From Amoebophrya sp. A120 (taxonomy: Eukaryota > Protista > Dinoflagellata): a DNA stretch of 64,000 nt. Numbering within the stretch: the first letter of the stretch is position 1; the number at the start of each line of letters is the position of its first letter. Location: assembly GCA_905178155.1 (NCBI GenBank), contig CAJINV010000015.1, positions 1,403,440 through 1,467,439 of the forward strand, in the 5' to 3' direction. Positions 1 through 11,100 of this stretch are shown piece after piece. The translations under genes and the position numbers were made by a program. A model generated the notes under the pieces. That model had not been told where the DNA came from and searched no databases. It saw only the letters and a program-made list of their open reading frames with translations.

Positions 1-236
1 ACAGCATGGTATGCTGCTGATCTGCATCAAGTTTTGACTTGATGCAGCCAGGTCCGTAGCCTACGGCCGTAGGCTACGGAAATGGCACCAAGACTTGATG
101 CAGACACCACGGTATGCTGCTGATCTGCATCAAGTTTTGACTTGATGCAGCCGGGTCCGTAGGCTACGGGCCGTAGGCTACGGAAATGGCACCAAAACTT
201 GATGACAGGCTCGCACAGTTCTTTTCCGCTTCCATA
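1..236. mobile_element. Right part of a TIR element/intron containing a 103-bp tandem repeat
   Basis: Ends ...ttttccgcttccata, whose reverse complement resembles the left end of 9416-9620; the coding frame resumes at 237; repeat units start at 8 and 111. Confidence 0.5.
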
Positions 237-2323
237 CGGCCTGGCAGCGACCTGGAGGAGGAGGAAAAAAATCGGACCAAGGCCGCAAAGGACTACCTGA
301 GCCAGCAGAAGGAGGATCCCGCAAGCCCTATCATGTACATAAATTTGTATTTGCTATTCTTGGTAGCTGCCTGATTCTGTTCCTGTTTTATTCCGTTGTC
401 ACACGCGCTTGTCCAGTTGCGCTGACACTTCTTTACTCACTTCCGCCAGGAGCATTCGCTTTCTGCATCAGACCGGCAAAGTGGATATGAATAATCACTC
501 AACAAGACAAAGTCTCGTCTGCTTGAATCAATAATACAGCCCGAAGTCTTTGATTCCCGACCCGGTGATCCAAACCACCGCGCACGCGGACGTCAACATC
601 CAGGATCTCACCCAGCCCAAACCGAAAGCCGAGAAGGACAAGATCCGCAAGGAGCGGAAGGACCGACAGGAGCGGAACAAGCGGAAGTTGCTATGAGAGT
701 GCACAACTCCGTCTCCGCCTCATTTGTCATGCAAATTTATTATACCAAATCCAAGTGCTGCTGCGTGGTACTGTTTGCATAAGAGATTCTCCTGACGCGG
801 ACGCCCAAACAGAAGCAGTACTACACTAGGCGCATGAAGAACTTGTCATGCACAGGCTCCACACGTCGTGGGAGTGTCTGTATTGCTGTACATGCAATAC
901 AAATGAGGGGCAGGGGGAGTTCTCCACTGTCATAGTTCCAGTTCGTGATCGACAACCAGGCCATTCACGAGGAGGAGAGGAGAAAAATGATGCTGGACTT
1001 CGTGGAAAAGAACTCCCTGAAACTGCAGCGTGAGCAGTCCGGCGAGGCCGCGTCGGGTAGTTCGGTCAGTTTGAAGACCGAAAATGCACAAAAGTGGGTG
1101 GATAACTGGCGGTATCAAATGTAAAAATGTCTGGGTCTGGAAAATTTTGAGACTTGTCATGCACGTTTTGCATGAGCCATGACGTCTGTTATGCGTGCCC
1201 TAGCATCACAGATTTTTTGCGGGCTTCATGCCTATTCCGCATCTCCGCGTAGCAAAAATTACATTCCCTTTGCTGAAGAGGCTGCCAAAGAAAATGATGA
1301 GAAGAGAAATACTGCGCGAGAAGGAGCTAAATCCGTTCTAACGCCCAGGTATTGGCAGAGGCTAAATCTGTTCTAACGCCAACCCGCCAGGAGTTAAATG
1401 GTTACTACTACTACTTGCTGCTCACGCAATACAGATTTTTTTGGAATCGAATGGCAGCATCACAAGTTGCATTCTTCCAGACCCAGACATTTTTACAGTT
1501 GATAGGCGCGAGAAGGAGCAGGAGCGGCTCATGATCGAGAAGGAGAAGCTATTCTATGTAAAAACGTCCCCACTCCATAGTTGTCATGCAGATTTGCGAT
1601 AACAGGAACACTTGTAATGCGCATCTCCATGAGAGGCATTTCCAATCGTGTTTTGGAATCTGTAATGCTGTAAACAGGATGAAAAAGTGGATTTCTCACG
1701 CGGCTTCCCTTGCTAACCAGCACTACGCTGCAGATAGAAACTTGTCATGCACAACTCCCAAACCTTGGAGATTTGTGTTGCAGATTTAGAAACTTGACTA
1801 TGGGATGGGGACGTTTTTACTTAGGATAGAAGCTCTACGCACTGGAACGCCAGATCGCGAGCGAGACGGCGGTGAAGAGCCCAAGTCTGTCGCAACGGGT
1901 TTTGGAGGAGAGCGGAATCGGGTCGCCCACGAGTCGGGGGAATTTGAATGCGGAACAGCATGAGGACGGGACCATAGAGAGAGCGTCGAAGACGACCGAG
2001 TTAAACTCGGAGTCGACGGTGGGGGGCGGGAATGGGACCATGCTGGGGAGTATCAAATGTAAAAATGTCTGGGTCTGGAAACTTGTGATGCTGGGTCGCG
2101 TCTCATGATGAGGCTACAAATGCTGGCTCAGCATGGCAAGTTTCTGAGCTCCTAGGTGTTGCCTATTCTGCATGACAAAGTGCGCTTCTGCATCACAGAA
2201 AAACGGAGCTCTTGGGTAACGTGCATGACAGATTTAAGAGTCATACCAGACAAGCATGACAAACATGAATTCTTCCAGACCCAGACACTTTTACAGTTCA
2301 TAGGGAGCAGTGGGACGGCGTGA
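237..2323 (+). CDS. 3' part of a multi-exon gene, charged/coiled-coil protein of unknown function (5' end outside the window)
   Basis: Removing 329-537, 692-934, 1113-1504, 1550-1828 and 2051-2302, each with one 5-bp DR, gives one open frame (...KDYLSQQKEDPASPKSLIPDP...KWVDNWREKEQERLMIEKEKLYALERQIAS...MLGSSGTA*) ending TGA 2321-2323. Confidence 0.7.
329..537. mobile_element. Degenerate non-canonical intron
   Basis: Starts tatc; flanked by agccc/agccc; no clear TIR; removal restores the frame. Confidence 0.5.
692..934. mobile_element. Introner family C
   Basis: ~40-bp imperfect TIR tatgagagtgcacaactcc.../...ggagttctccactgtcata; DR gttgc/gttcc. Confidence 0.85.
1113..1504. mobile_element. Introner family A with a nested 139-bp insertion
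   Basis: TIR tatcaaatgtaaaaatgtctgggtctggaa; DR ggcgg/ggcgc. Confidence 0.9.
1550..1828. mobile_element. Introner family B
   Basis: TIR tattctatgtaaaaacgtcccc/ggggacgtttttacttaggata; DR gaagc. Confidence 0.9.
2051..2302. mobile_element. Introner family A
   Basis: Family A TIR; DR gggag. Confidence 0.9.
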
Positions 2324-3954
2324 TGGGAGCGGGAGTATGCATTTTTACAACAGATTCGTTTTACTAAAACACAACACATCAGAACTACAAAGAAGATTCA
2401 GATTGACTAGATAATTCCAAAACTACTTAACTTTCAGTTTTCAGATCACAATAGCAGAGGGAGAGAATAAACTCGAGAAAGTGCGACGTTTTGTCTTGCA
2501 CAGAAGCAGAAGTTTTATCACAACTAAAGCCTATTTCATCAGATGTGAACAATTTTCGTCTAAATCACAGCAAACTTCTTTTGAAGACTTCAATATTTGT
2601 CAGAGAAGATGATCGATCTTTAGCATCTTCAAAAACGCAGAATTGGTGATTTTGTTATCGTGAACTTTTTAGAAAACTACTTCTTTAAAAGGAGACTTTA
2701 CTCGAGTGGAGTAACTGTCCAGATTTGCCGGCGCGCAAAGGGTCCAGGAATACAGCACGCGCACCAGGAGCGCTGCGATAAATAGCTCTCTTTTTCTTTA
2801 GATAGCAGCTCTAGTCGTGTGCTGCTGCGCATTTTTACGGATTGAAAGGACCTAGAACTCACTTTATCAGATTTGTTTCAAGTGTAGGTGGCTGGACCTC
2901 CACCTGTCATCTTCTGTGAGACCGAGATTTATTGATTTTCCATTCTAATGTCGACTTGTGATATACAATACGCGTGCACAGCAGGACAATCACGCATCCT
3001 CGCGCAACAACTATACCTAACGAGAACTTTTATCTTTTACTTTTCAACTTTCGAAGAATACTGAACAGTAAGGCGGTTTCGTTTTTGTCATGCGATAAAA
3101 GCGAGTCTTCCAACACAGAGCGAGGCGGGTGATGTTGTCGTTTGATAAAGATTCAGAATAAAAAGCCGACTGCCTGCGAGTCTGTGGGTAGAAGGAGCCA
3201 CCTACTGCAAAAATGCTTTTGCACAGATAGTGAACTAGTCCAATATACGAAAACTTTTTACAAATTTCCTGCAGGAACACAGAATTCAAAGAGAATTTGA
3301 ATTTTTCGCAAATCCTATTACACTAGGTGAATTTGATCGAATACAAAAACTTCACTGGGACTGAAGTAAGTATGAAGCATATCGGGAAAGACTCGTTACT
3401 GGACAGTATGTGATTTTGAAAATGAACTTATGATATTAGCAATGTGGAATGCTGAGGTCGTTTACTTTCGCGAAATAAGACAGAAGCCGCGGGCCGTTTT
3501 CGGTCGTTGTGGCTTTGTCGCCCTGTCTGTTTGCCTTGAAGCCATGTGGATGGGAATGTCCATATTGCAGTTCCTGGATCACCATGATCAAGGTCCACGG
3601 AAGAAAGATCTCTGCGTTGCCTTCAGGGAGCAGAACTTTTTTGGCTCTCTGGAAGACGGATCAACCTTCGACGCTACAAGGATCATCCTGCTAAGTTCTG
3701 GACAGCCGCGTGCGCGTTTTGCAGACACAACAGCGATCATGTTGATTATACTTCTTGGATGAAACAGCGACCTCCAACATCCAACGCAATGTTTGCACGA
3801 CCCGGCGGAGCCATGCTGTTGTAATTCCGAAAAAAGTAGGTGTTTTCTTTCCTTTTCTCCGAACATGAAGTAGTAAAAACCTCTCTACTAGCAACTAGGA
3901 ATTTCTTCACGTCGATATAGTAACCCAAAGTCGCGGTTCGCCACGACCAAAATC

Positions 3955-5719
3955 ATGGCTCGTCTCGACCGAAACTTTATTCCCCCCGAGGGAGAAACAA
4001 CTACATATCACAACCCTTCGACCTCCTCGTCCTCCTACCCAACAAAACCGACCCCCACGACCCTCGAGCAGGAAGAGACCGAGGAGAAAGTTTTGAATTG
4101 CTTTAAGCAGTTTCTTCTGAACCAGCTCGGGAATAAACCAAACGCGGAATTTAACACCGAGACTGACGAAACGGCAATCAAAATCCACAAGGAAAAGCAC
4201 TTGAATTACCTCCAAAAGGCGATTTTCAGTATACCACAGCAGTTCTCCGGGCTGGACGCGAGCCGACCATGGTTTGTGTACTGGATATTACACGCGCTGG
4301 AATTACTCCGGGAAGAAGAGTTTATTGAGAGAAATGTCACGAAGGAACGGGTGAGGACTTTTCTAATGCAGTGCTTCCATGATAGTAAAACAAAAACTGG
4401 TTGTTCCTCTGCATCAATAGAAGCAGATGGGACAACTACAACTACGACTACTGCCTACCGACCAGGCATTTCCGGCGGCTTTGGCGGCGGCCCGAGGCAG
4501 TTGACGCACCTGGCCACGACCTACGCAAGCGTGGCGGCGATGTGCATTTCCGGGGCGTACCGCAGTGGGGGCGAAAGAGAAGAAGCAATCACGTCGAATC
4601 CGATATTGGACAGGAGTTTGATTTACCGGTTTTTGCTCAGCAGGAAAGACCCCGTAACCGGCGGGTTTAGCATGCACGACGAGGGGGAATTGGACATCAG
4701 GGGAACGTATTGATAAAATTGATTCTTTTTTTTTGTGTTGCTGGTTCATGTATCACAGCGTGTTCCTGTCATGCAGAATGGATGCTATGTATTGTGTATC
4801 TATCGAAAAGATGAATTCCATGCATCATCTCAGGTACTGTGCCATCGCGGTTGCTTCGATGCTACACATCCTGACCCCAGAGCTCGCGAAAGACGTCGAC
4901 AAGTACGTGCTTTCCCACCAATCCTGGGACGGCGGCCTTTCGGGCGAGCCCGGACTTGAGGCCCACGGTGGCTACAGCTACTGCGGCTTTGCCTCGCTCT
5001 GCATCCTCGGTGTGGACTATCTGCCGAGGTCATTCGGCGGGAAGAGCGACAACTCGTTAGACCTCGAGCGGTTGTTGCACTGGCTTTCCCACCGCCAGAT
5101 GCAAGCGGAGGGGGGGTACCAGGGCCGGACAAACAAGCTGGTGGACTCCTGCTACTCCTTTTGGCAGGGGACCACTTTTGTCATCATGCGACACTGCTGG
5201 GAAATGCTGCACGCGGAACAAAGAAATAGGAACAAAAATAGCGCGGACGGTAAAAATAACTTGCTTCTTCCCGACCTACCGAAGGCAACGAACTGGTCGA
5301 TGCCCGAGCCGCTGCAGATGTACGTCTTCCTCGCGTGCCAGGAGGAGGAAAAGGGTGGTTTAAGGGATAAGCCGGGAAAACGACCGGATTACTACCACAC
5401 GTGCTACAGCCTGTCCGGAGTCTCCGCGGCGCAAAACATTTTCGAGACCACGGGGGAAATCGGGTTTAAGGAGAATTTGTTGGAACACACAGCGCACGTC
5501 TCGGGGGACAAACAGCGGAACAAGGTCAAGCCGATAGACCCCTTTTACAACGTGGGGATTGATAAGTCCTTCAAAATGGAAAGTTACTGGGCGGAGGTGA
5601 ATAAGCGGGAACCCTTCAAATCGCCGACTTTGGGAGAACTAGGGTCAGAGGGGGCGGGGGTGAAGTTTTGGAGGAAAAGGTTTCGGGAATTTACGGAGAA
5701 AGACTTCGAAAAGCTGTGA
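3955..5719 (+). CDS. FNTB: Protein farnesyltransferase subunit beta (two exons, GT-AG intron 4707-4833, ~545 aa)
   Basis: Motifs LDASRPWFVYWILHAL, GGFGGGPRQLTHLATTYA, EAHGGYSYCG, EGGYQGRTNKLVDSCYSFWQG and GGLRDKPGKRPDYYHTCYSLSG; splicing gives DIRGTYCAIAVA. Confidence 0.95.
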
Positions 5720-6257
5720 CATTATTACTTGACCTGCTCTTGGTTGTAGTTGTACACATTGAACAGTAGAGTCTTTTCACACGACGACTGTCATAATATT
5801 CATCTTCGAAACATCAAATAACGCGACAACATATTGATTGCTATTTTTTCCTCTGAGTGGTTAAAGAAAACGACGTATAAGCTCGAAGAACCTGATGTCG
5901 AAACAGGCAGCTTGCATGCAATCTCGCTAGCTGCGAACACGAATTAAGATCTATCACCGGATGGAACCAAGAACATGCCACCATCCATGTTCAGGAGCTC
6001 GTGGTTTCTTTCGCACCGGGAGGGGCGATCTGAATCGTTTTTCGTGAGAAAGAGTGAAAGCGACACTTGAGAATGGAGCGGAATATAGTCGTGAAGAGTG
6101 TCAGCGGTTATTTCGTGCTTTCTTCAGGGTCGCTTGATGGTTCTAAACAAGAATCATGAAAAATATTTCTTGTCTAGTGGTAGCGTATTCTGATTCTCCT
6201 CGTGTTAATTGGTATTGATTCCGCTTGCGGGCTGCACACCACGAAAACAAGAACATT

Positions 6258-7477
6258 ATGGCCGAACTTAACAACAAGATCGAGGAGGGCGACGACCTCC
6301 CTTCACCGTCGAAGACAAAATTGGTTCAGGATGCGGACTATGCATTGCAAATATGTCTGGGTCTGGAAGCATGTAACTTCTGATGCGCATTTGAGACCAG
6401 AGAGAAATCTGTCATGCATGGATCGCAAAAGTTGCTCATTTCTTGTCACCAAAAGAGGGAACTTGTCATGCGGATTAGGCATCCCGTAACCTTCTCGAAA
6501 CCCGTGATGCTAGGGCTTCCTTGCCAGACCTTCTGCGTCATGCAAAAACAGCATGACATTTTCCAGACCCAGACATATTTGCATTTGATACGGACAATGT
6601 GCAGCCGATGGAGCTCGAAGGCCACAAGGAGGACGACGACAACAGTAACGAGGATGAAGATTCTATCCTGAGTAAAAACGTACTCACACCAGAGTTGTCA
6701 TGCAGATTTGCAATGACAGAAACATTTGTAATGCGCATCGCCAGGAGAGGCTTTTTTAGTCGTGTTTTGAAATTTGTAATGCTGTAAACAGGATGAGCAG
6801 ATGGATTTCTGATGCAGCTGGCCTTGCGAACCTGCACTACACTACGGACTGCAACTTGTGATGTGTGACCCCCAAAAGTTCTAGGTTTGTGTTGCAAAGT
6901 CCCCATCTTGACTCTGGTGTGGGGATGTTTTTCCTCAGGATAGATTCCGGAAACCACCCAAAGCAGTGGACGGGCGACATCAACTCAGAAGAGTACAAGG
7001 AGCGGCAGCGGCTCATCGCGCAGGAAAGGATGAACCATTTCGAGCGGGTCTCAGAGAAATGGAAGGGAAAAGGCCCCAAGGCGAAGAACCCGAAAGCACC
7101 CAAGCCAAAGGTAAGTCGGTTGCTGATAAAGCTTTTTGAGATAGGTTTATTTTCATCGATGAGGAAAAGAATGGTCATTTGTGATGCAAGACATGCATTT
7201 TACAGAATTTTGTTGTGCAAACACACTTCACAATCAATACAGATGCAAGAAGTGGAAATCTTGCCATTGCCACGCGACGGCGGGGATACGTTGCTACCAA
7301 TTCACTTGAAAAAAGTAAAGGTGAAGTGCTGAAACGTGATGTTTCATCTCGCAGCATGGCAAAAAGTTCTGCCAATATTTTTCTGCATGGCAGAGTTGTT
7401 TTTTGAAATGAATTTGAGCTTTGTTTCTCCAGGACGACGCATTTGTTACGAGGAAGATGTTTGTAGTTGTACAGTGA
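6258..7477 (+). CDS. Small charged hypothetical protein (~118 aa, 4 exons)
   Basis: ATG 6258; frame restored after removing 6339-6590 and 6664-6942 (each plus one DR) and the GT-AG intron 7111-7432; spliced length 357 nt. Confidence 0.65.
6339..6590. mobile_element. Introner family A
   Basis: TIR tatgcattgcaaatatgtctgggtctggaa; DR cggac. Confidence 0.9.
6664..6942. mobile_element. Introner family B
   Basis: TIR tatcctgagtaaaaacgt...ccagagt; DR gattc. Confidence 0.9.
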
Positions 7478-8142
7478 ACTGGTCAATATTACTGATTTCT
7501 TTCCTCCCCACCAGAGCTTTTCCGATCTGCACGATCACGATGGATTGAAAAACACTTTAAAGATACCATGAACGATGGAGGAACAAACCGAAAAACACTC
7601 GGCTTTTTGATGTCTCTGTCTCCGCTAGTGCTGGAAGGCGATGTAACAAGTCGGTCAAATGTAACAAGCTCCTCCATGAAGATGGTCTTTGTTTGGCTGT
7701 GATTCTCGGTTTTAAGATGTGATGAGGAAATATTCAAGCCACTTCACTGCTGTCCTGTCTTTGAACAAAGCTACTAGTTGTCGTGGTGATCAGGACTCTC
7801 GGTTGACAATGACGTGCAGTAGGCCGTTTTTTCGGTTTTGGACAATGGGTTGGAGCGGAGCTGTCAGTAGTAATTCTGTTACTGTCGAGGATCTCAATAT
7901 GGAGAAACCCGACGCTATTTGTCGATCTCACAGAAGAGGCGATCACCAGGTAACATTTTTCTCGAAGAAGAAAACCTCTGCAATTTCTAAGTTAACTTTT
8001 ACCACGCTTGTTTTTATCGGGAGTTTGGATTTGTGATATGAAATCAAACCGGCGAATGATCTACGAATTAGGTGGAATTAAGTAAAACTGTAAAACTCAT
8101 CTGCATAATTCTTGGTCATTTTACTGCACAACACTTCGAATT

Positions 8143-11100
8143 ATGTCGCAAACACCACGGCTCGAAATCGGAAACAGGAAGTTTATGAAGATGCTGCGGC
8201 ACTATCTTTACGCAGCTAGCATTACAGACTCCGGTCACGCAGCGTTTTTACAGATTCTTCGAACGTCGCCGGAAACAGACGACGAGTGGGATTCACCGTT
8301 TCCAGTTTTCAACCAGCGACCATCATCGGCGCGAACAGCAGTCGCGGATGACGGTGGTCCTGATGGTATCCGAAGAATAAATCTACTAAAAGAGTTTGAC
8401 GAAGTTGCGGACTCTCCGGCCAGCACAAATCAAAAGCAAAAGAATGGAGCTGGCGCGGGGCCCGTCGTGTCCCCAGGTAATGATGACAACAAAGGCAGCC
8501 CGCAGCCAGGTGCGCAGAGCACGGGTGCAGCTGCGTCCAGCTCTACTGTAGGTGATCATGGTTGGCGCGACCAGACCCCCAGCCCCAGGAACAAGCGGCG
8601 GCCCGACAGCCCGCCCCCGCCCCCGGGGCGCCGGGACCGATCTGATATTGGGACCACGACCAGCAACCGCTTCGCCCTAAGTCCTCCGAGTCCGGAGCAC
8701 GGAGGTGCTGATGCAGCGGAAGGTGTTGCTACGAGTCCCGGCGACGATAAAACGGACGTGACTACGGCCCGACAGATACCCAGGCCGAAGCAACTTTTTG
8801 GCGACGACAACGTGGAAGAACCTGATGTCGGCGTCGAGACGAAAACTACAGAAGCAAAATTATTTCCGGATGAAATCAACACTGCACCAGCCACAGCTTC
8901 CGCCACCACCGTGAGCGGAGGGTCGAAAGGAAAGGGCAAACGTGTTCAATTGATGCGGAGCCTGTCCCCCGAAGACCGAAAAAAAACTGACAGGAAGAGC
9001 TACCGCAAGACGCCTGGGGAGAGAAAAGAAAAACGGAAGCAGGGTCGTAAGGGGAGGTCACCGGGCAAAGGAAACAAAACCACCAGCCCGGGTAGTTCTG
9101 GTTCTCGTGGCGCACCATCTTCGGACGATTCGCTAGCTTCTCCTTCCGTTGGCCCGAAGAGGTCACCAGAGGTTCAGAAGGCCAGCGAAGACGAAGCCAA
9201 TGTCGTGGACGTTTCTCGACGTCCGATCTTTCCAGCAGAGATTGAAGGAGACAAGACCGCGGGCAGCCAAGATGCTGAAAATACTGTTGAAGCTAGTCCT
9301 TCTAATGAAGATGTTATCGCTGTGCCCTTTTGCGTCGGTAGTGTCGGCGGGCAAACAGGCACCGGAGCGGCGGCTGAGCGGTTTTTCTCTTTCACACTGC
9401 CCTTGACTCGGGCCCTATGGAGCGAAAAAGGTCTGTCACAGTCTCTAACTTGCAGGTTTTGCATCACAAATTTTTTCAGCATCGCAACTTTTCCTTATAT
9501 TGCGGAAATAGTAGGGAAATATGGTATGAAGTTTGACTGTGATGCATTCATTTTTTTACGCATGACAGACATTGCAAAAATGCCCATGAATGATCGTGAC
9601 GAGCTTTTCTTCTTTTGATACGCGCAGATTGAAGCGCAGCTGGCGATGCACGGCATCAGATACATTGAGACGGTGCGTGACCTATCAATTGCAAATATGT
9701 CTGGGTCTCAAAGAATGCAACTTGTGATGCTAACGCGGGACAACTTCTCGAAAAAAAATTGTATTGCAAGAGCAGCAAGTAGAGGAGTGCGGTCTCTGCT
9801 CGCTGGACAGAGCATTTACCATGCGAGATAGGAGGCTGCATCAAAACGCTTTCAAAAAATCTGTCATGCTTTCGCATACAGCACAGACACCATCGGCCAT
9901 GCAAAATGTGCATGATCGCATTCAGGGGAAGTTCGGTGGTTTATTATCTGCTCCTCGGAGCGGGTAAAATAAATGTGGCGTAACTTGCTATTTCCTGCGG
10001 AGAACAGCAAGGTGAAAAATGTAAATGTGCATGACAAATAAGAACTTGGAAATCTTCCAGACCCGGATCGATATTTGCATTTTATACCGCCAAGAACACC
10101 CGGACTATTTTCACAAGTGTAAGTGGACAAACAGAATCCGGGTGTTGCTGAACACCTACAAGTATGCTCTGCAAAAGTATCGTACTCGTATAAATGCATG
10201 ACAAATTCCCTCAGCATGAGAAATAAAATTTGTAATGCGGATCACCTTGAGAAAAAAATCTGTAATGCATGACTGCAATTACTACGAGTGCGATACTTTT
10301 GCACAGGATAACAAGCCGGTCCCGGGCGGAGATAGTGGTGAAGAATACTTGGTTCCTATCACAAGGAAAAATCCCCCCTCCCCATATCAAAAGGAAGTTT
10401 CTGATGCTGGATCTGCGTATACAAATCAGGTTTGTCTTGCAGTGGAGGAAAGCAGGCTCCTGCCAAGCCTGAGTAGAGAGCTATTGGCCTAGGCGCTCAG
10501 CATGAGAAACGTCTATGCTGTAGGCCCAAGAGCATCACAAGCCACCTGCATAATGCGGCAGAGCCTGTGGAGTTGTCTTCTTGCAAGACAGACGTGATTT
10601 GTGGCCTCAAATCAGCAAGACAAATTTTCGGAAGCATACCTTTTCGATATGGGGAGGGGGGATTTTTCCTCTCAATAGTTCCGAAAGACCTGCTGGATAT
10701 GACCGACGAAGCTTTGGAAAAAGAAATCACGGTGGAAACGCTGGCAAAACTCCGCGCGATATTCTGTGTAAAAACATCCCCACCCCAGAGTTGTCATGCA
10801 GATCTGCAAGCACAAGAGCATTTGTAATGCGCATCCCCATGATAGGCATTTCCGATCGTGTTTTGGAACTTGTAATGCTCTAAACAGGATAGGCACATGG
10901 ATTTGTCATGCGACTTCCCTGGCTAAACTGCACTACACTACAGCCTGCAGTTTGTCATGTGGGGCTTCCAAAACTTCAAGGTTTGTGTTGCAAAATCCCA
11001 ATCTTGACTCTGGGTTGGGGACGTTTTTCCTTAGGATACGCGAAACACGAGAATATCACGGTGTTTAAAGTAGTAGAATCTGACGAAAATCCTATCCCGG

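Noticed and set aside
54-90. Dinoflagellate spliced-leader relic (tccgtagcc)
   Set aside because: Only 9 nt match, inside a palindrome; ATTTTGGCTCAAG is absent
2051-2307. Rescuing GT-AG ends by sliding within the DR
   Set aside because: Where the DR ends in G a GT start is possible, but the 3' end becomes GA, AA, CA or GC in the cases checked (2051, 10163, 15227, 20396, 47971)
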